Origin: Octopus vulgaris
Taxonomy: Eukaryota
Direction of reading: 5' to 3'
Assembly: GCA_951406725.2 (NCBI GenBank)
Contig: OX597815.1
Span: 92,876,001 to 92,940,000 of the forward strand
Length of the DNA: 64,000 nucleotides
This document shows positions 12,510 to 25,855 of the stretch, one piece after another. Every line of letters begins with the position of its first letter. The stretch's first letter is position 1. Both the position numbers and the translations under genes were made by a program. The notes under the pieces were generated by a model. That model had not been told where the DNA came from, did no database searches, and saw nothing but the letters and a program-made list of their open reading frames with translations.

Positions 12510-12513
12510 AGGC
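12455..12513 (+). promoter_or_regulatory. -1 programmed ribosomal frameshift signal (G GGA AAC plus H-type pseudoknot)
   Basis: Slippery heptamer in gag frame at 12455-12461, 6-nt spacer, stem 1 12468-12476/12488-12497, stem 2 GCCTCT 12480-12485/AGAGGC 12508-12513; pol is in the -1 frame. Confidence 0.85.
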
Positions 12514-15310
12514 GCTATTGGAGACGCTGCCATTGATTGACGTGGAGGCCGAGGGGGAGACGTTCAAGGCCCTTGTGGTTACGGGCTGTACGACCACCCT
12601 GGTGACTTCGAGGGTGACGAAGGAATGGAACGGGGTGTGTAGTGTCCGGGCGGTCGACGGCATCGAAATCCGTTGCAGAGGCAGCAGCAAGGTAGAGATA
12701 GTGGTGCGCGGCGCAACGCTAAGGCTACAGGCAATTGTGGCCGAACGCGTGATAAATGGAGTTGATGTGGTGATGGACGCCATCAACTGCCTCGGTGGAG
12801 TCAGTGTTGTGGGAAATGAGGTCACGTTCGGAAGCGTGGGGGCGTCGTGCACTGCGAGTCAGGATCGCCAGAGGGAGCAGAGCCCCGCGAGGGACTGCGC
12901 CGCTTACACCATCGAGGACAAAGACTTTCAGGTGGCGTTTGATGGTCAGCGGTGGACGATAGAGTGGAAATGGAAGGACGAGCCCCCGACACTGGAGAAC
13001 AGGGTGAGCTGTTACCAGCATACCCTGAAAGGCCACGCCAGGGTTGAGTTTGAAGACGAGGTGGAGAGGTGGATCGAGGAAGGGGTCCTTGTCCCTTGGA
13101 AGGAGGAGGTAGCGGGCAGAGTGCTACCCCTGATGGCAGTGGTGCAGCCTACAAAGGGAAAAGTCAGACCGGTGCTGGACTTCAGGGAGCTAAACCAGAA
13201 CATATCGTGTCACACGGGAGGTGAGGCGACAGACGTTTGTGGTGAGGCATTACGTAAGTGGAGACAGTCGACTGAGGCAGCGACGATTGTCGACTTGAGA
13301 TTGGCATACTTGCAGCTCCATGTGAGCGACTAACTATGGCGATATCAGCTGGTGCGGTACAAGGGCCGGACGCACTGTCTAACCAGGCTGGGTTTCGGGC
13401 TGAATTCCGCTCCGAAGATCATGGCGGCAGTGCTTAGGTCCGTCCTAGGGAAAGACGGCAAGATTAGAAAGGCCACCAGCTCCTACATTGACGACATTTT
13501 GGTGGACAAAACTGTAGTGCCAGCCGACGAGGTAGTTAGACATCTGGAGAAGTTCGGACTGATTGCTAAGCTACCGGAGTCGATTGAAGGGGGAGCCGTG
13601 CTGGGGCTCAAGCTGCGAAGAGATAGATCAGGTGAATTGGTGTTCCGGAGAGGAAATGAAATCCCAGAGCTGAGTTCCAGCGTCAGCAGGAGAGAGCTGT
13701 TCTCGGTGTGTGGGAAGTTGGTCGGTCACTACCCGATCGCTGGATGGCTGTGCACGGCCTGTAGCTACACCAAGAGACGAGCAGAAGGAGAGAGGTGGGG
13801 CGACAAGGTGGGAGAAGGGACGGTGGCGATGATACAGGAGATCCTAGAGAGGACAAGAGCGGAAGACCCGGTCAGGGGGAACTGGTACGTGCCCAAGACG
13901 AAATGCGGGACCGTCTGGTGTGATGCTAGCAGTATAGCGATAGGGGTGGTGTTGGCAATCGAAGGCACTGCGGTGGAGGACGCGGCCTGGCTTCGGAAAG
14001 CAGATGATTTCAACCACATCAATGTCGCCGAATTAGACGCGCTGCTGAAAGGGGTGAACTTGGCCTTGAAATGGGGGCTGCGCACGATTGAAATGCGGAC
14101 GGATTCGGCCACTGCGCTTGGCTGGGTAGGATCGGTGATTACCGGTGACAGGAGATTGCGGACGAAAGGCGCTGCGGAGATGTTAGTGAAGCGCCGTCTA
14201 GGTGAAATGATCGCCGAATTCGGACTGAAGCTGAACGTGGTTTTCGTGCCTTCGGAGAAAAACAAGGCGGACGTACTGACCAGGGTGAAAAGGGCATGGT
14301 TGGAAGAACCGGAGGAGGCCCGGAAAGGGATAGCTGCAGCGTGTCGGTTGGATGACTCTGAACTGTAGAAACTGCACGCTATGCATCACCTGGGTGTGGA
14401 CAGGACCCTGTATCTGGCAAAAAAAATTGATGCTGACGTCACCAGGAGAAGCGTCCGGAAGGTGGTCGGGAGCTGCGACAGGTGTCAGTCCATCGACCCT
14501 GCTCCATGTGGGCATGAACAGGGAAGCCTTTCCGTGGAGCAGAACTGGAAAAGGCTAGCTGTGGATGTGACACACTACCGCCAGCGAATGTACCTCTCCA
14601 TGGTCGACTGTGGTCCAGGCCGGCTGGCCATTTGGAGGGAGTTGAGATTGGGCATTGCTGACGAGATCATGCAGATCCTGAACGGGATATTTTTAGAGAG
14701 AGGTCCCGTGGAAGAACTACTGATGGACAACGGGGCGGCATTTCGTTTGGAAGCATTGAGGGTTATGCTTGATCGGTGGAACGTGCGACGCTTGTTCAGA
14801 GCAGTGTATAGGCCGGGCGGTAACGGGATCGTGGAGAGGCACCATCGGACAGTCAAGGCCATAGCGGAAAGAGGGCACATTTCGCCGCTTGAAGCAGTTT
14901 TTTGGTACAACTTGTCTCCCCGATCCGGACAAGCTGAGGAATCTGTTCCGCAGAGAGCTGTGTTCAAATATGAATGGAGGCACCCGAGCAAAGCGCCGGA
15001 GGGTCACGAGGAAGAGAAGGGACCCGTTCGCGTGAAAATAGGGGAGGAAGTCTGGGTCAAGCCACCAAAGGCGCACTGTACATCTCAATGGAGCAGAGGA
15101 ACGGTGACGGCGATCAATTCCAGAAGCAACGTATCCGTAGATGGCACACCACGACATGTCTTGGACCTTCGTAGGATTGTTGCTTCGGCGGACGATGATT
15201 CGGGAGAGGGGGAGAATGAGGAGCCCAGCTTGAGAAGATCTCAACGAGTAAGGCGCTCTCCCGGTTGGATGGTAGACTACAACATGGAGCGGAGAGATTG
15301 TGATCTTTAA
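12455..15310 (+). pseudogene. pol: Gypsy pol (protease, RT, RNase H, integrase) with two in-frame stops
   Basis: Three ORF-track pieces share one frame; stops at 13331-13333 and 14366-14368; RPVLDFRELN, YIDD, WCDASS/AELDA/TDS/NKAD, HHCC and D-D-E motifs; protease DTG reads VTG. Confidence 0.95.
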
Positions 15311-15323
15311 GATCAGGGTGGCG

Positions 15324-15597
15324 TGTGGGATGACGTCAGCAGCGGGGTGCGTTGACCGGAAGCTGGGGCAAGCGGAAGGGGTCAGCTGTCAAGCGTGCGC
15401 AGGGGGCGGAAATCGACCTTTCCAACGTGGGTCGTGCTGGTGACAAGACGTGCGAGGACGACGCTAAGGGTTTGGGGCTAGCAGCTGCTATTGTTAGTGT
15501 TCGGGTAGGGTGAGTAAGGACCAGTCATCTCTGGAGGATCTCCGTCACCACGAAGAGAAGGTAGATGCCTCTATATTCAAATCGCACACTCACTACA
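15324..15597 (+). repeat. 3' LTR
   Basis: Direct repeat of 11426-11699, preceded by the purine-rich tract. Confidence 0.97.
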
Positions 15598-15599
15598 GA

Positions 15600-17880
15600 A
15601 TTCTTTTGTGATAAGCACATGAACATGTCAGCACTGCTACTTGGAGTTGTCTACTGCTCACCCAATTACCATCAAGACACATGGCTTGTTGACATCCTCA
15701 GAGCTGCATCTAGGAAAATAGCCACTTATGTTTTCATTGTGGCCAATGAAAGGCTTCCCAACCACTCTCAGGAGAGTTGAAGTCACCAGCAAAGTGCAAA
15801 TGATTTCTTTGATGTAGTGCTGGATTCAAGCTGATCCCAAGCAGTCACCTCCCCAAGAAGAGGTAACAACACTTTGGATCTACTCTTTACCACTACTCCT
15901 GAAATGGTTATTACTATCACTACTGAGGAACCTTTAGGTGACTGATCATGCTATGATCATTGCCAATCTCTCTCTTATGAACAGAAACAAGAAGCATCTA
16001 CAAACTGCTCACTTTAATTGGAACAAAGCAGACTGGAGCTGTTACAACATGCAAACCGGTTTGAATTTTACAATTCTGGAGACGTCAATACTGTACTTCA
16101 GAACATCCTCAGTTCAATCTGGGCTACATGTAAAGCATCAGTACCACATTAATGCCTTAAAAATCCCAAAAATGTAATTTAGGAGACTGCAGTAGTTCAA
16201 CTTGCCAGAAGAGGATGTTGTGATGAACAGGAATATAAACTATGTAGAACAGATCATCCACCCATCTCAAGTGGGTGACAAAATAGGCAGTGCTTGAATT
16301 TAAACAACATACAACAACCAGCCTTGATAGTAAAGTGTTCTGGAAATATATAAGTTAGAAAGAGATCTCATTCTGGCCCTCTTTGCAATCCACACAAGTT
16401 AGATTACTGATGATCCTAAAAAATTTGCAGAATTTATTGCTGAATGCTATGCTGGCATTTTTACTGTTGAAACTCCAAATGTACCATCTTCATTACCTCT
16501 AGCATCAAATACTATAACATCTGGAATTTATACCTGCAATGCCACTTCAAGAATAAGTGCAACTATGCTTCTCCTGGTCATGATGGCATTACTTATCTGC
16601 TTATCAAACATAATAGGCTTTCTTTTGCACCAGCTTTCATTCTTCTTCCAATTCTGCATTAATAACTGTCACTCCAGAACAGTGGAAAACTGCCAGTGTT
16701 ATTCCCCAATCCAGTCAGTCTTACTAACTGCATTGCCAAACTGATGGAGTCCTGTGTCAGAGAAACACTCAAACTCCTGGAGCTCTCACAGCCTTATTTG
16801 ACCCACACAATTTGGATGTATCCCCAACCCCAGCTGATGGCACTCATGGGTGGATGCTATCTATCTTGACTTTGCTAAAGCTTTCAATTCTGTGCCACAC
16901 AAAGTGACTCATGGCAAAACTGTCTGCAATGGGTGTGAAAGATGATATCTATAACTGGTTGAAGTCCTTCATTCTCAGGCAAAAAGAGATAGTCACAGTC
17001 CCAGAACATCATTCTTCACCCATGAGATGACATCTGGTGTACCACAGGGATCTGTTCTTGGACCCCTGTTGTTTATAGCAAATATCAATGGCATAGATGC
17101 CAAATTGAAAAATGTTAGTGTTGAAACATGCAGATGACATCAAGTTGTGCCTTGGGATAAAAAGAAAAAAAAAATCCTATACGTTATACACTCCCTCAAC
17201 AACAATCTTGAGAAGTCTGTTAATGAATGTGGCCTGGATATTATTGTCAATAACAATCTGCATTGGACAAACCAATAAGATTGTCAAGAAGGCTGAGGGT
17301 GTTTTAGTATCACTCAGTAAGACCTTTGGCAGCTGCTCTCTAGCTATCTATTTAAAACTATATGACTAAGGTACATCCACAGAGTTTGCATCACCAGTCT
17401 GGAACCCCTATCTTGCTTGGCATATCAATCTCCTAGAAACTGCCCAGAAACATGCAACCAGACAAATACCCACCATCAGGCATCGACCATACTCTGAATG
17501 TCTGGCAACTGACTAGGAAGAAACCCACAAGATTATTCACCAAATTTCCAACAACCTTGCACACCTTTTTGAAATTCAAGTCTAACACTTATGGAAATGC
17601 TTACAAAATCAAAATCCAACATAGTACCCATGACTTTCAGAATTAATTTTTCTTGCTCAGAATTGCCAAAGCATGGAATGAATTACCTCCATCAGTTGTT
17701 AGCTGTCAAGACACTACATCCTTCAAAACTTCCATACTTCCTGAAATTTGCCAACAGTAACCCCCATTTTTTCTTTAAAGACTTCTTCACTGTTCACTTC
17801 CTATGCATATTCTATGTACTGTTCATGCAGTTTTGATTACTTTTTTACAAAAGTTGTAGTGGACCTGAACACTGTATACA
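15600..17880 (+). mobile_element. Decayed CR1/L2-type LINE (endonuclease and RT)
   Basis: Broken-frame motifs LLGVVYCSP, YLDFAKAFNSVPHK, SGVPQGSVLGPLLF, HADDIKL, WNPYL. Confidence 0.8.
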
Positions 17881-19802
17881 ATAAGTTCATTACTAGTTTT
17901 AGCATAAATATACTGTATCCCTGCATATTGTAAGAGATGACTGAAAGGCTTGGCAACAAGAAGGGCATCTGGTTATAAAAAAGGGAATCATGATAAGTAT
18001 GATTAAAGTCCATGGGACCTGCAAAGTTAACCTCACTCTAGCAAGGAAAATGGACTTGAATGTTGTTGCTAAGAACTAACCAACTGTGTTAGAAAAAAAA
18101 GAGAGACAAGTCACTTGACCTGCTAATCATTTCTCTCTCAAATTACATCCTATCATATTTAAAAAAGGAAAAGAACACTGACAATGTAATCCCAGATATG
18201 AAGTAGCCCTAAGAAGAATGGATGGTCAAGAATGAAATGACTGACCACAAGCTAGCTTGATCAGAGCTAATCTGATGCTAAACAAGTCAACAAATGGTAA
18301 CTTTTTGGCCAAAAATGATCTTACCTAAGCACATAATTCCACCTCTGGTTTTATTCAGCCCTTAAAAAGACAGTGTACCTGTTTTACAGGTATCAGTGAT
18401 CATGGATCTTCATGCTAAAGATCCATCATTTTCCTTGGGAACACTACAACAGTAGTTTCCAGTTGCTTTCTGTTGGTTTATTTACAATTTATACTGCAGG
18501 TTGCCTGCTCCCCTGAGCTTACTCTTAAGGCACAGGAACAGTTTAGCCTTTAGGAAGGGGGACTAATTTACTTGATATCTGGGCATGGCCATATGGTTAT
18601 TTAGCCAGATAAACCATTTCAACCTCAACTAAAACTAAAGAAAGAGCCTCTATTGACTTGCTAGAAATACCAGTCAATACACCATTTTAAAAAGGGGAGG
18701 ATAATAAATCCATTGATTAGACAGATACATTATACCTTACAAAAAAGGGTAATTACATCTTTGATCAAAAGTCTTCTATATCAGGGCTAACTAAACCAAA
18801 CAACCACCACCTCAACTGAAAAAAAAAAAAAAAAAAAAAAAAAAAACTGAAAAAAAAAAAAAAAACCCCAAAAAAAACAATGCAGTGGCAGGAGCCAAAC
18901 TCCTCTAAAGTTATGGTTTGATTGAATGAATAAAGTTGGTACAGTACTTTGTGTTCAATTTCTGCTGGAGACAAACTCAATTATACATTTTGCCTCTATT
19001 TAGCAAAACAAAAATCAGTATTAGTATTACAAGTATTTTTCTTCATGTTTGTCCAAATATGAAGAGCACAGCTAAAACTGCTAACTTGACAGGTGTTTCA
19101 GAAAGACATTGATCACAATGTTAAAAGGGACAATCAGAAATGGTTAACAATAAAATCATAATCCTTTTGCCAACCATATTTCTAACAATACACTACTATG
19201 TCTAAATATGAGGTCAATAACCTGAAAGAATATATCTTTATTTAACCTACATGTTTCAACTAATTTTCAAAATAATTTCAAGTGGTTTAATAAATATTTA
19301 TTATTGTTGTTATTTATAGCAAGTCAGACAGACCAGAACTATGACATTCTGAACATAACCATATCATGAACTGGATTCCAGACAACATTATCGAAGTGTT
19401 AAGGTATTGGTGTACAAAAGGTAGACGGATGGACAGACAGGTAGGTGGGTAGGTAGGTATGTAGGTAGATAGACAGCTAGCCAGACAGGTAGTCTGACGG
19501 ATCAACAGGCAGATGGATGAATAGATATACAGATAGACAGACATGTAGGATAGATGGAAAGACAGAGAGATACATAGAGGAGACTGTAATGGGATGTGTT
19601 ATAGGCGTTGGTTGCTAGTTGTTAGCAACTGTAATGGGTGTTGATGTTGCAGATGCGCAAGATAAAAGAACAGTGATCGAAGTTGTAAAGAAACCTTTAT
19701 TTACCATTACTTAATATAATGCCATGCCTTGATGGGCAAAGTGTCTTATATAAGCGGAAAAGTTTGCGAGGATAAGAGAGTTAATTTCTACTTGAATAAG
19801 TG

Positions 19803-20811
19803 TGTACATTATTTACATTTGACAGATATTTGTCCTCATCTTTGTTAGCATTTCAGCTGATGTACTCTCCAGCCTTCAAGTGCCGTGGGGGAAATTTGAA
19901 CCTGGGTTCTTATTACTAAGGTATTTTTCCGATATTATTATTATTCAGGTCACTGCCTGGAATCGAACTCGGAATCTTGGGCACGCTCTTAACCACAACA
20001 ACATATGCCCATGGGCAATTATGGAGTGATATTTTCCCATCCTTCTTTAATACCGGTTCCTATATTCTACTCATATCTGCACTAGGTCTGCTTAGGAGGG
20101 TATTATGCCCTAGCATATGTGCTGCCTCTTTCAGTTTTTGTATTTTCCAGTGGAGTTCTGTTTTATTTTTAACTTCATCCCACAGGGGGAGGTGGTCTCC
20201 AATTTTCCTTGCATGATCAGCTGTACCCAATTTATCAATATCTCCTCATGTCACAGCTTTGTGACGTTCCTCTACCCTTATTTTGAGGGGTCAGTATGTT
20301 TTGCCTTTGTATAACCTACCACAGCAGCATGGGATGGAGTACACACAATCTTTGGTCATATTCTCTTCTATTGGTGGTTTTACATGTATGGACAAACAGA
20401 AATCACCTTCCCCTGTAGAATGAAATTAAAATAATAGACAGAGAACACCACTGGAAAATACAAAAACTAAAAGCAGCCGCACATATACTAGGACATAACC
20501 TCCTAAGCAGACCTGGTGCAGATATGAGTAGCATATGGGAACCGGTATTCAGGAAGGATAGGAAAATATTAGAATTCACTCCATAATTGCCCACGGGCAT
20601 ATAGCATAGAGGTTAAGAGTGCAAGCTACTAACCCCAAGATTTTGAGTTCAATTCCAGATAGAGACCTGAATAATAACATCAGAAAAATACCTTAGGAGT
20701 GAGAACCCAGGTTTGAAATTCCCGCAGGACACCTGATGAAGGCTGGAGAGTACATCAGCCGAAATGTGTTAAACAAGAGAAGGTCAAATGTACATAATTC
20801 CTCGTCTCTCA
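19803..20811. mobile_element. Penelope-like element, two 3' fragments in inverted orientation
   Basis: WDEVKI..E.HWKIQKLKEAAH (GIY-YIG C-terminus) on both strands; flanked by AAGTGTGTACAT repeats at 19798 and 20812; hammerhead remnant at 20729-20770. Confidence 0.8.
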
Positions 20812-20916
20812 AAGTGTGTACATGCTCTCATTGTAGTAGTAATAAGATAGAGACAGAGTGATGTTGCAGAGAAGAGAAAGTTAGCTAGTGAAAGTTAGAA
20901 TCGAGGGGAAGTTGTA

Positions 20917-21415
20917 CTGTAAATCCTCGAGTATAATGTGCATTTTTTCCCAAAAATTTAAAGGTCAAAAATCACTAGTGCGTACTATATACAAGGTTAA
21001 AAATGAAAATTATTTTCTAAGCAATGTCTGAGTCTATTTGCAGTCTGGCAATGTTTATTCAGACACATTTTGTGATGTCAGGCGTAAAAATACCTTAAGC
21101 TAAGCCTGAAAGCAATGAAGTCATAAAAGAATCATCCATAACTTGCAATAAGCAACATTTATTAAATGTTACTACTGTTATTACTTTATTTTCTGCAAAC
21201 AAAATGCACAAAAAAAGCTACATGCTTGCATTATGTTATATATACAATAATAATAATAAAGGGTGTTACTCTATACAGTTTTACAAACCAAGGACATTAT
21301 ATGAGACCTCTTTGATTCAAGTTAGAGAAGGGGTGCATATTATACACAAGGTTTAGGTTTTTCAGAGGTACAGCCCCCTAAAAATCCCCTGCGTATTATA
21401 CTCAAGGATTTACGG
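20917..21415. mobile_element. Tc1/mariner-group MITE
   Basis: TIRs CTGTAAATCCTCGAGTATAAT / ATTATACTCAAGGATTTACGG flanked by TA on both sides. Confidence 0.85.
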
Positions 21416-21803
21416 TAAGTCTCATAGTAACCGATTGTAACTTTCTCCCTCATGTCATTGTCTCAAATGGCTGTCTACCTGTGGCCATCTCTAGTTATTT
21501 CCATTCACCAACTGATTTTGGCTAACAGAATTCTAGTATTTATAACTATAAAAAAAAACCAGTTAGGAGAGACATATTGTTAAGAATAGATTTCATTGGG
21601 GGTCTGTTATCTCAATTCTAAATTTTCATGGCCTAGAAGAGGTTAGAAGGGTCAAGTGGCAAAGACAAATTTGTCTTAGCAAGTCCATATGCTATATGTA
21701 TCTTGCTGTCACTATTGTTTCTTTCAGAGAAGTGTCGTTGAAATATTATGGGAAATTTGATTCAGGTTCAAATCTACTCTATGCCTAAATGAAGTCCATT
21801 ACT

Positions 21804-22040
21804 GGTGGCATGTAGTCTGTGTATAACCTTGTTGCTGGTTAATGGGTTAAGTATAATTTAACATATGTGAGCACTTTTAAAATTACTACCTCTGGAGCCT
21901 CTAACTAACACCAGCAGTAATAACCACTATGGAATGTTTGATGAAGGATTATAGATCTGAAAGCACTCACATATGTTAAGTTATACTTAACCCATTAACA
22001 CAAGAACAAGCAACAAGGCTATACACAGACCACTGCTACC
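21804..22040. mobile_element. Fold-back MITE-like inverted repeat
   Basis: About 70-bp arms containing TTAATGGGTTAAGTATAA.TTAACATATGTGAG and its reverse complement. Confidence 0.7.
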
Positions 22041-24114
22041 TGTAGGTTCCTTCTGTCCGTCTGAATATCCATTTATCCATCTGTCCATCTACCTCTCCAT
22101 CTACCTGACCATTTGTCTGCCCATCCATCCAAAAACTGTTAGACTATGGCAATATCTGTATCACCCTTAGAGACTTTGGGGAAATTTTTGAAATATTCTT
22201 TGTATTTAAAATTTTTTTTTTAATTCTGGGGTTTTCAAATGAAGAATTCCAAGGGCCTCCTCACTGTTCATGTAGTGCATTAAAACCTCACCCTTTCACA
22301 CTACCTTAGCTTCTTGTAATTTTACTACATTTTTTCTTCATTTTTCAATTGTCATCTATCATTCTTAGCTTTTGGGTTCCCCATCACTAACTTCTCAATT
22401 ATCACTTCCTTCTACTGGTTCATTCCTCCTACCACATCCATAAGTGCCTTAACTCATACCAACTTAGCTTAACTTAGCATAGCGTCCCATTTCTCTCTGA
22501 CACCCTCTCTCACAGTCCTACTAACGACATTACCCTGTTGTCTCTGTACTAAATTATCTAATGTGTCCTTTTTATAAGATTGTGTGATTTCAGGAAGATT
22601 TGGTTGCTATTGCTAACAATGGAGAACTCCTTGTAATCTTTATTGGTACAGAATATCCAAATTTAGAATAACTGATCTGAGATGTCATTAGGTTAACTAT
22701 TATAAAACAGCAATGTGCATTGAAGTAGCAGACCTGCTGCCACATGCAATCAGCAACACTATGATGACCATAGTTATAAGCAATAATATGGACTGAGAAA
22801 AATCTTTCAACAAACAATTTCTTGTTCTCAGAATCCGCCTTGTCAATCATCTGCACACTGCTGTCACCTTAATCCTATGCACATGGTGCATCAGTACTTG
22901 TTTTGATTGCAATCCCTCTCAGTTCAATGCATCAAACAGCTGATCAGTGCCTGAAACTTTCTAGTATTAAATTGCAAGATGTTTTTGGTAGGCAATTTGT
23001 ATATTGCATGTGGTTATATCAGTAGGGTTTGACATCATTGGTGGTTTTGGTTGCTACTGATATGTTCCTAATGTTAAATCTAGTGTTAGTAATGGCTTGT
23101 TCATATAACTGAAGGTATATCTGAAAGAGCTATCACAGACAGTAATGGTACCAAAACAGTCCCCTTCATTAGTCACAATATACCACAGCAACCATTAGCT
23201 ATGATGTATCACACAAACAATTAACCAAATACCACACTAAAAATTACTCCCAGCATTTGTTATAGAAGGACCAAAATGAAAAGGACATCCTGAAAATAGT
23301 CAATCCTCTAATAAGGTATCCAATAAGTTGAGCTCTTCTTATCCTGTGTATCCTTGTTGCAAAATAGTAGAGAGCCAAGAGCAAAGTATTAATTTACAAG
23401 TTGTTTTTGTCAGCACTCCTATATTTCATTGGCACTCTTCAAACAATACCTAGTATTAGACTAAATATCTTGCATTTATTTATGTCCCTGTATATCTGGA
23501 GTTCAAATAAGGCAATAATTTTGCCTTATGTCCCAATAAAGTCAAGTACCAGCTATATACTAGTGTCAATTGAATTGACTACTGTCACCAACAAATGCTT
23601 GGCCTTGAGCTAATGTTAAGAAACTGTCATTTTAGACATGTAACATCCAGTTTATTCATATTGGCAGAACTCCTTCACCTTTGCAACAAACATCTTACAT
23701 GATAAGAAACATTGTGTGTTATGTAATCTATTGTGCAGATTAAATTAACCTTCAGTTCGATCACAAACTTTAACCCTTTTATCACTTTTACTAGCAATAG
23801 CAACTATTAACTTCAGTGATTATTCACACCATGCAACTACCACCACATAATAAAAATTTATTTAAATAGTGATTCAGAATGGCTATTTCTGGATACAGCA
23901 TTGAAATAAACCTTATTCAGATTCTAATGAACAAGACATTACTGTTTGTTAAATATTTAAATGTATATTGGCTTCAATTCTCTTTACAGTTTTATATATT
24001 AATAGCCATTTCAAGTGTGTCCTACTACTGCTTCCATTTCTTTACACTAGTTCTATGTATCTCATATTTTTTCTACTATAAGACAGGTTAAAAAAGCTGC
24101 TGGTCTATAGATAT

Positions 24115-24690
24115 ACATCATCGTTTAACGTCCGTTTTCCATGCTAGCATGGGTTGGATGGTTCAACTGGGGTCTGGGAAGCCAGTAGGCTGCGCCAGGC
24201 CCAGACTGATCTGGCAGTGTTTCTACAGCTGGATGCCCTTAATGCCAACCACTCCGTGAGTGTAGTGGGTGCTTTCTATGTGCCACCTGCACAGGTGTCA
24301 GAGGAGGCTGGCAAATGACCACTATTGGATGGTGCTTTTTACGTGCCACCGGCACGGGGGCCAGGCGAGGCTGGCAATGGCCACATCGGATGGTGCTTTT
24401 TACGTGCCACCGGCAGGAGGCCAGTTGGGGCGGCGCTGGCAACAGCTATGTTCGGATGGTTCTCTTATGTGCCACCGGCACTGGTATCACAGCTACAATT
24501 TCCATTGATGTTGATCGATTTTGATTTTGACTTTCACTTTCCTCAACAGGTCTTCACAGGTAGGGTTTGTGTCACAAGAAGGTATGCATAAGTGGGCTGG
24601 CTACGTCCCAGGTAGAAGCCACGGGTTATGGTCTCACTTGTCCTGCCGGGTCTTCCCACGCACAGCATACCTCCAAAGGTCTCAGTCTCT
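24115..24690 (-). mobile_element. RTE 3'-end fragment with internal tandem subrepeats
   Basis: Same tail; repeated GGATGGTGCTTTTTACGTGCCACCGGCA units. Confidence 0.75.
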
Positions 24691-25104
24691 GGTCAGGTTA
24701 ACTATTGTTAGAACTAAATTAATATTTGTCACCACTCCTCTTTCACTTGAAATGTTGACATTAGTAACAACACCTAGCAATAAAATAATTCCTTCAGTAA
24801 CTACTTTAAATGTTATAGTTTCCAACAGTATATGGGGAAAATGGAAAGCCATAATCTAAAAGGAAAAGAATAGACAAAATATCTTATTGTTTTAAGGTCC
24901 ACTTTTCCATGCTTGCATGAATTAGATGGGAATTCATGGAGTCAGATTTTCCACAGCCTGATGCCCTCTTGTCACCAACTGTTTCCAAGTAAAGTAATAT
25001 TTTCCAATGATTAGAGATATTTTCAGAAGATAAAAAATAAAAATGGTGTTTGTATGGTAGTGATACTCATTTACAACTGTGACATGAAGTCAAGACAAGG
25101 AAGA

Positions 25105-25855
25105 TATCATCATCATTTAGCGTCCGTTGTCCATGCTGGCATGGGTTGGATGGTTTGATGGGGCTGGAAAGCTGGGAGGCTGCACCAGACTCCATTCTGA
25201 TTTGACATGGTTTCTATGGCTGGATGCCCTTCCTAATACCAACCACTCTAAGAGTGTAAAGAGTGCTTTAATGTGCCACCAGCATGGGTTCCATTTGTGT
25301 GACACCAGTATCTGCTACGGCTGCAATTTTACTTGGTTTGATAGGTCTTCTCAATCATTGCTTCTGTGAGGCCCAACACTCAAAAGAAGCTCAATCACTT
25401 TGCCTCCGTGAAGCCCAATGCTCAAAAGGTGCTTTTCACATGCCACTGGCACAGGTGTCTGTTAAATGACACCAGCATCAGCCATGACTGATTTCACTTG
25501 GCTTGACAGGTCTTCTCAAGTACAACATATCGCCAAAGGTCTTGGTCACTAGTCATTGCCTCTGTAAGGCCCAAAGTTCAAAGATCATGTTTCACCACCT
25601 TGTCCCATGTCTTCCCGGGTCTACTTCTACCCCAAGTTTCTTCCACAAAGATCAGCACTTCTTTAGGTGTCCTCATCCATACGCATCACATGATCATACA
25701 AAACAAAATGGATTTATTTCAGTTTCTGTCTAATAAATCCACTTATACAGTTTAGTTGGCTCAAGACCATAGAAGATACTTGTCCAAGGTACCATGCAGT
25801 GTGACTCAACCCGACACCATGTGGTTGGTAAATAAATTTATTAACCATGTAACCA
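25105..25855 (-). mobile_element. RTE 3'-end fragment joined to a SINE head
   Basis: Matches 1475-2060 then the head of the SINE at 4220-4372. Confidence 0.75.

Larger units (their letters stand above)
11426..15597 (+). mobile_element. Full-length Gypsy/Ty3 LTR retrotransposon (compact, two-knuckle gag, possibly Mag-like), antisense in ACSBG intron
   Basis: Two 274-bp TG...CA LTRs, gag and pol in PR-RT-RH-IN order, purine-rich tract 15309-15323, imperfect 5-bp target duplication GTATT/GAATT. Confidence 0.97.
19630..21545 (-). mobile_element. Old solo-LTR-like element split by two later insertions
   Basis: 19630-19800 and 20812-20915 align with the uninterrupted copy at 50178-50590. Confidence 0.55.

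Noticed and set aside
13331-14368. Pol stops as programmed readthrough sites
   Set aside because: One falls inside RT and one at the integrase zinc finger; single-base nonsense changes are simpler.
12355-15244. Long minus-strand ORFs over the Gypsy element
   Set aside because: Antisense shadows of GC-rich pol with no motifs.
24320-24490. CRISPR-like spaced direct repeats
   Set aside because: Spacers resemble each other, the units are part of an RTE 3' region, and there are no cas genes in this eukaryotic context.
24685-24855. Possible extra ACSBG exon (acceptor plus about 55 open codons, minus strand)
   Set aside because: No convincing donor, runs into an RTE fragment, and the flanking exons already join in phase.
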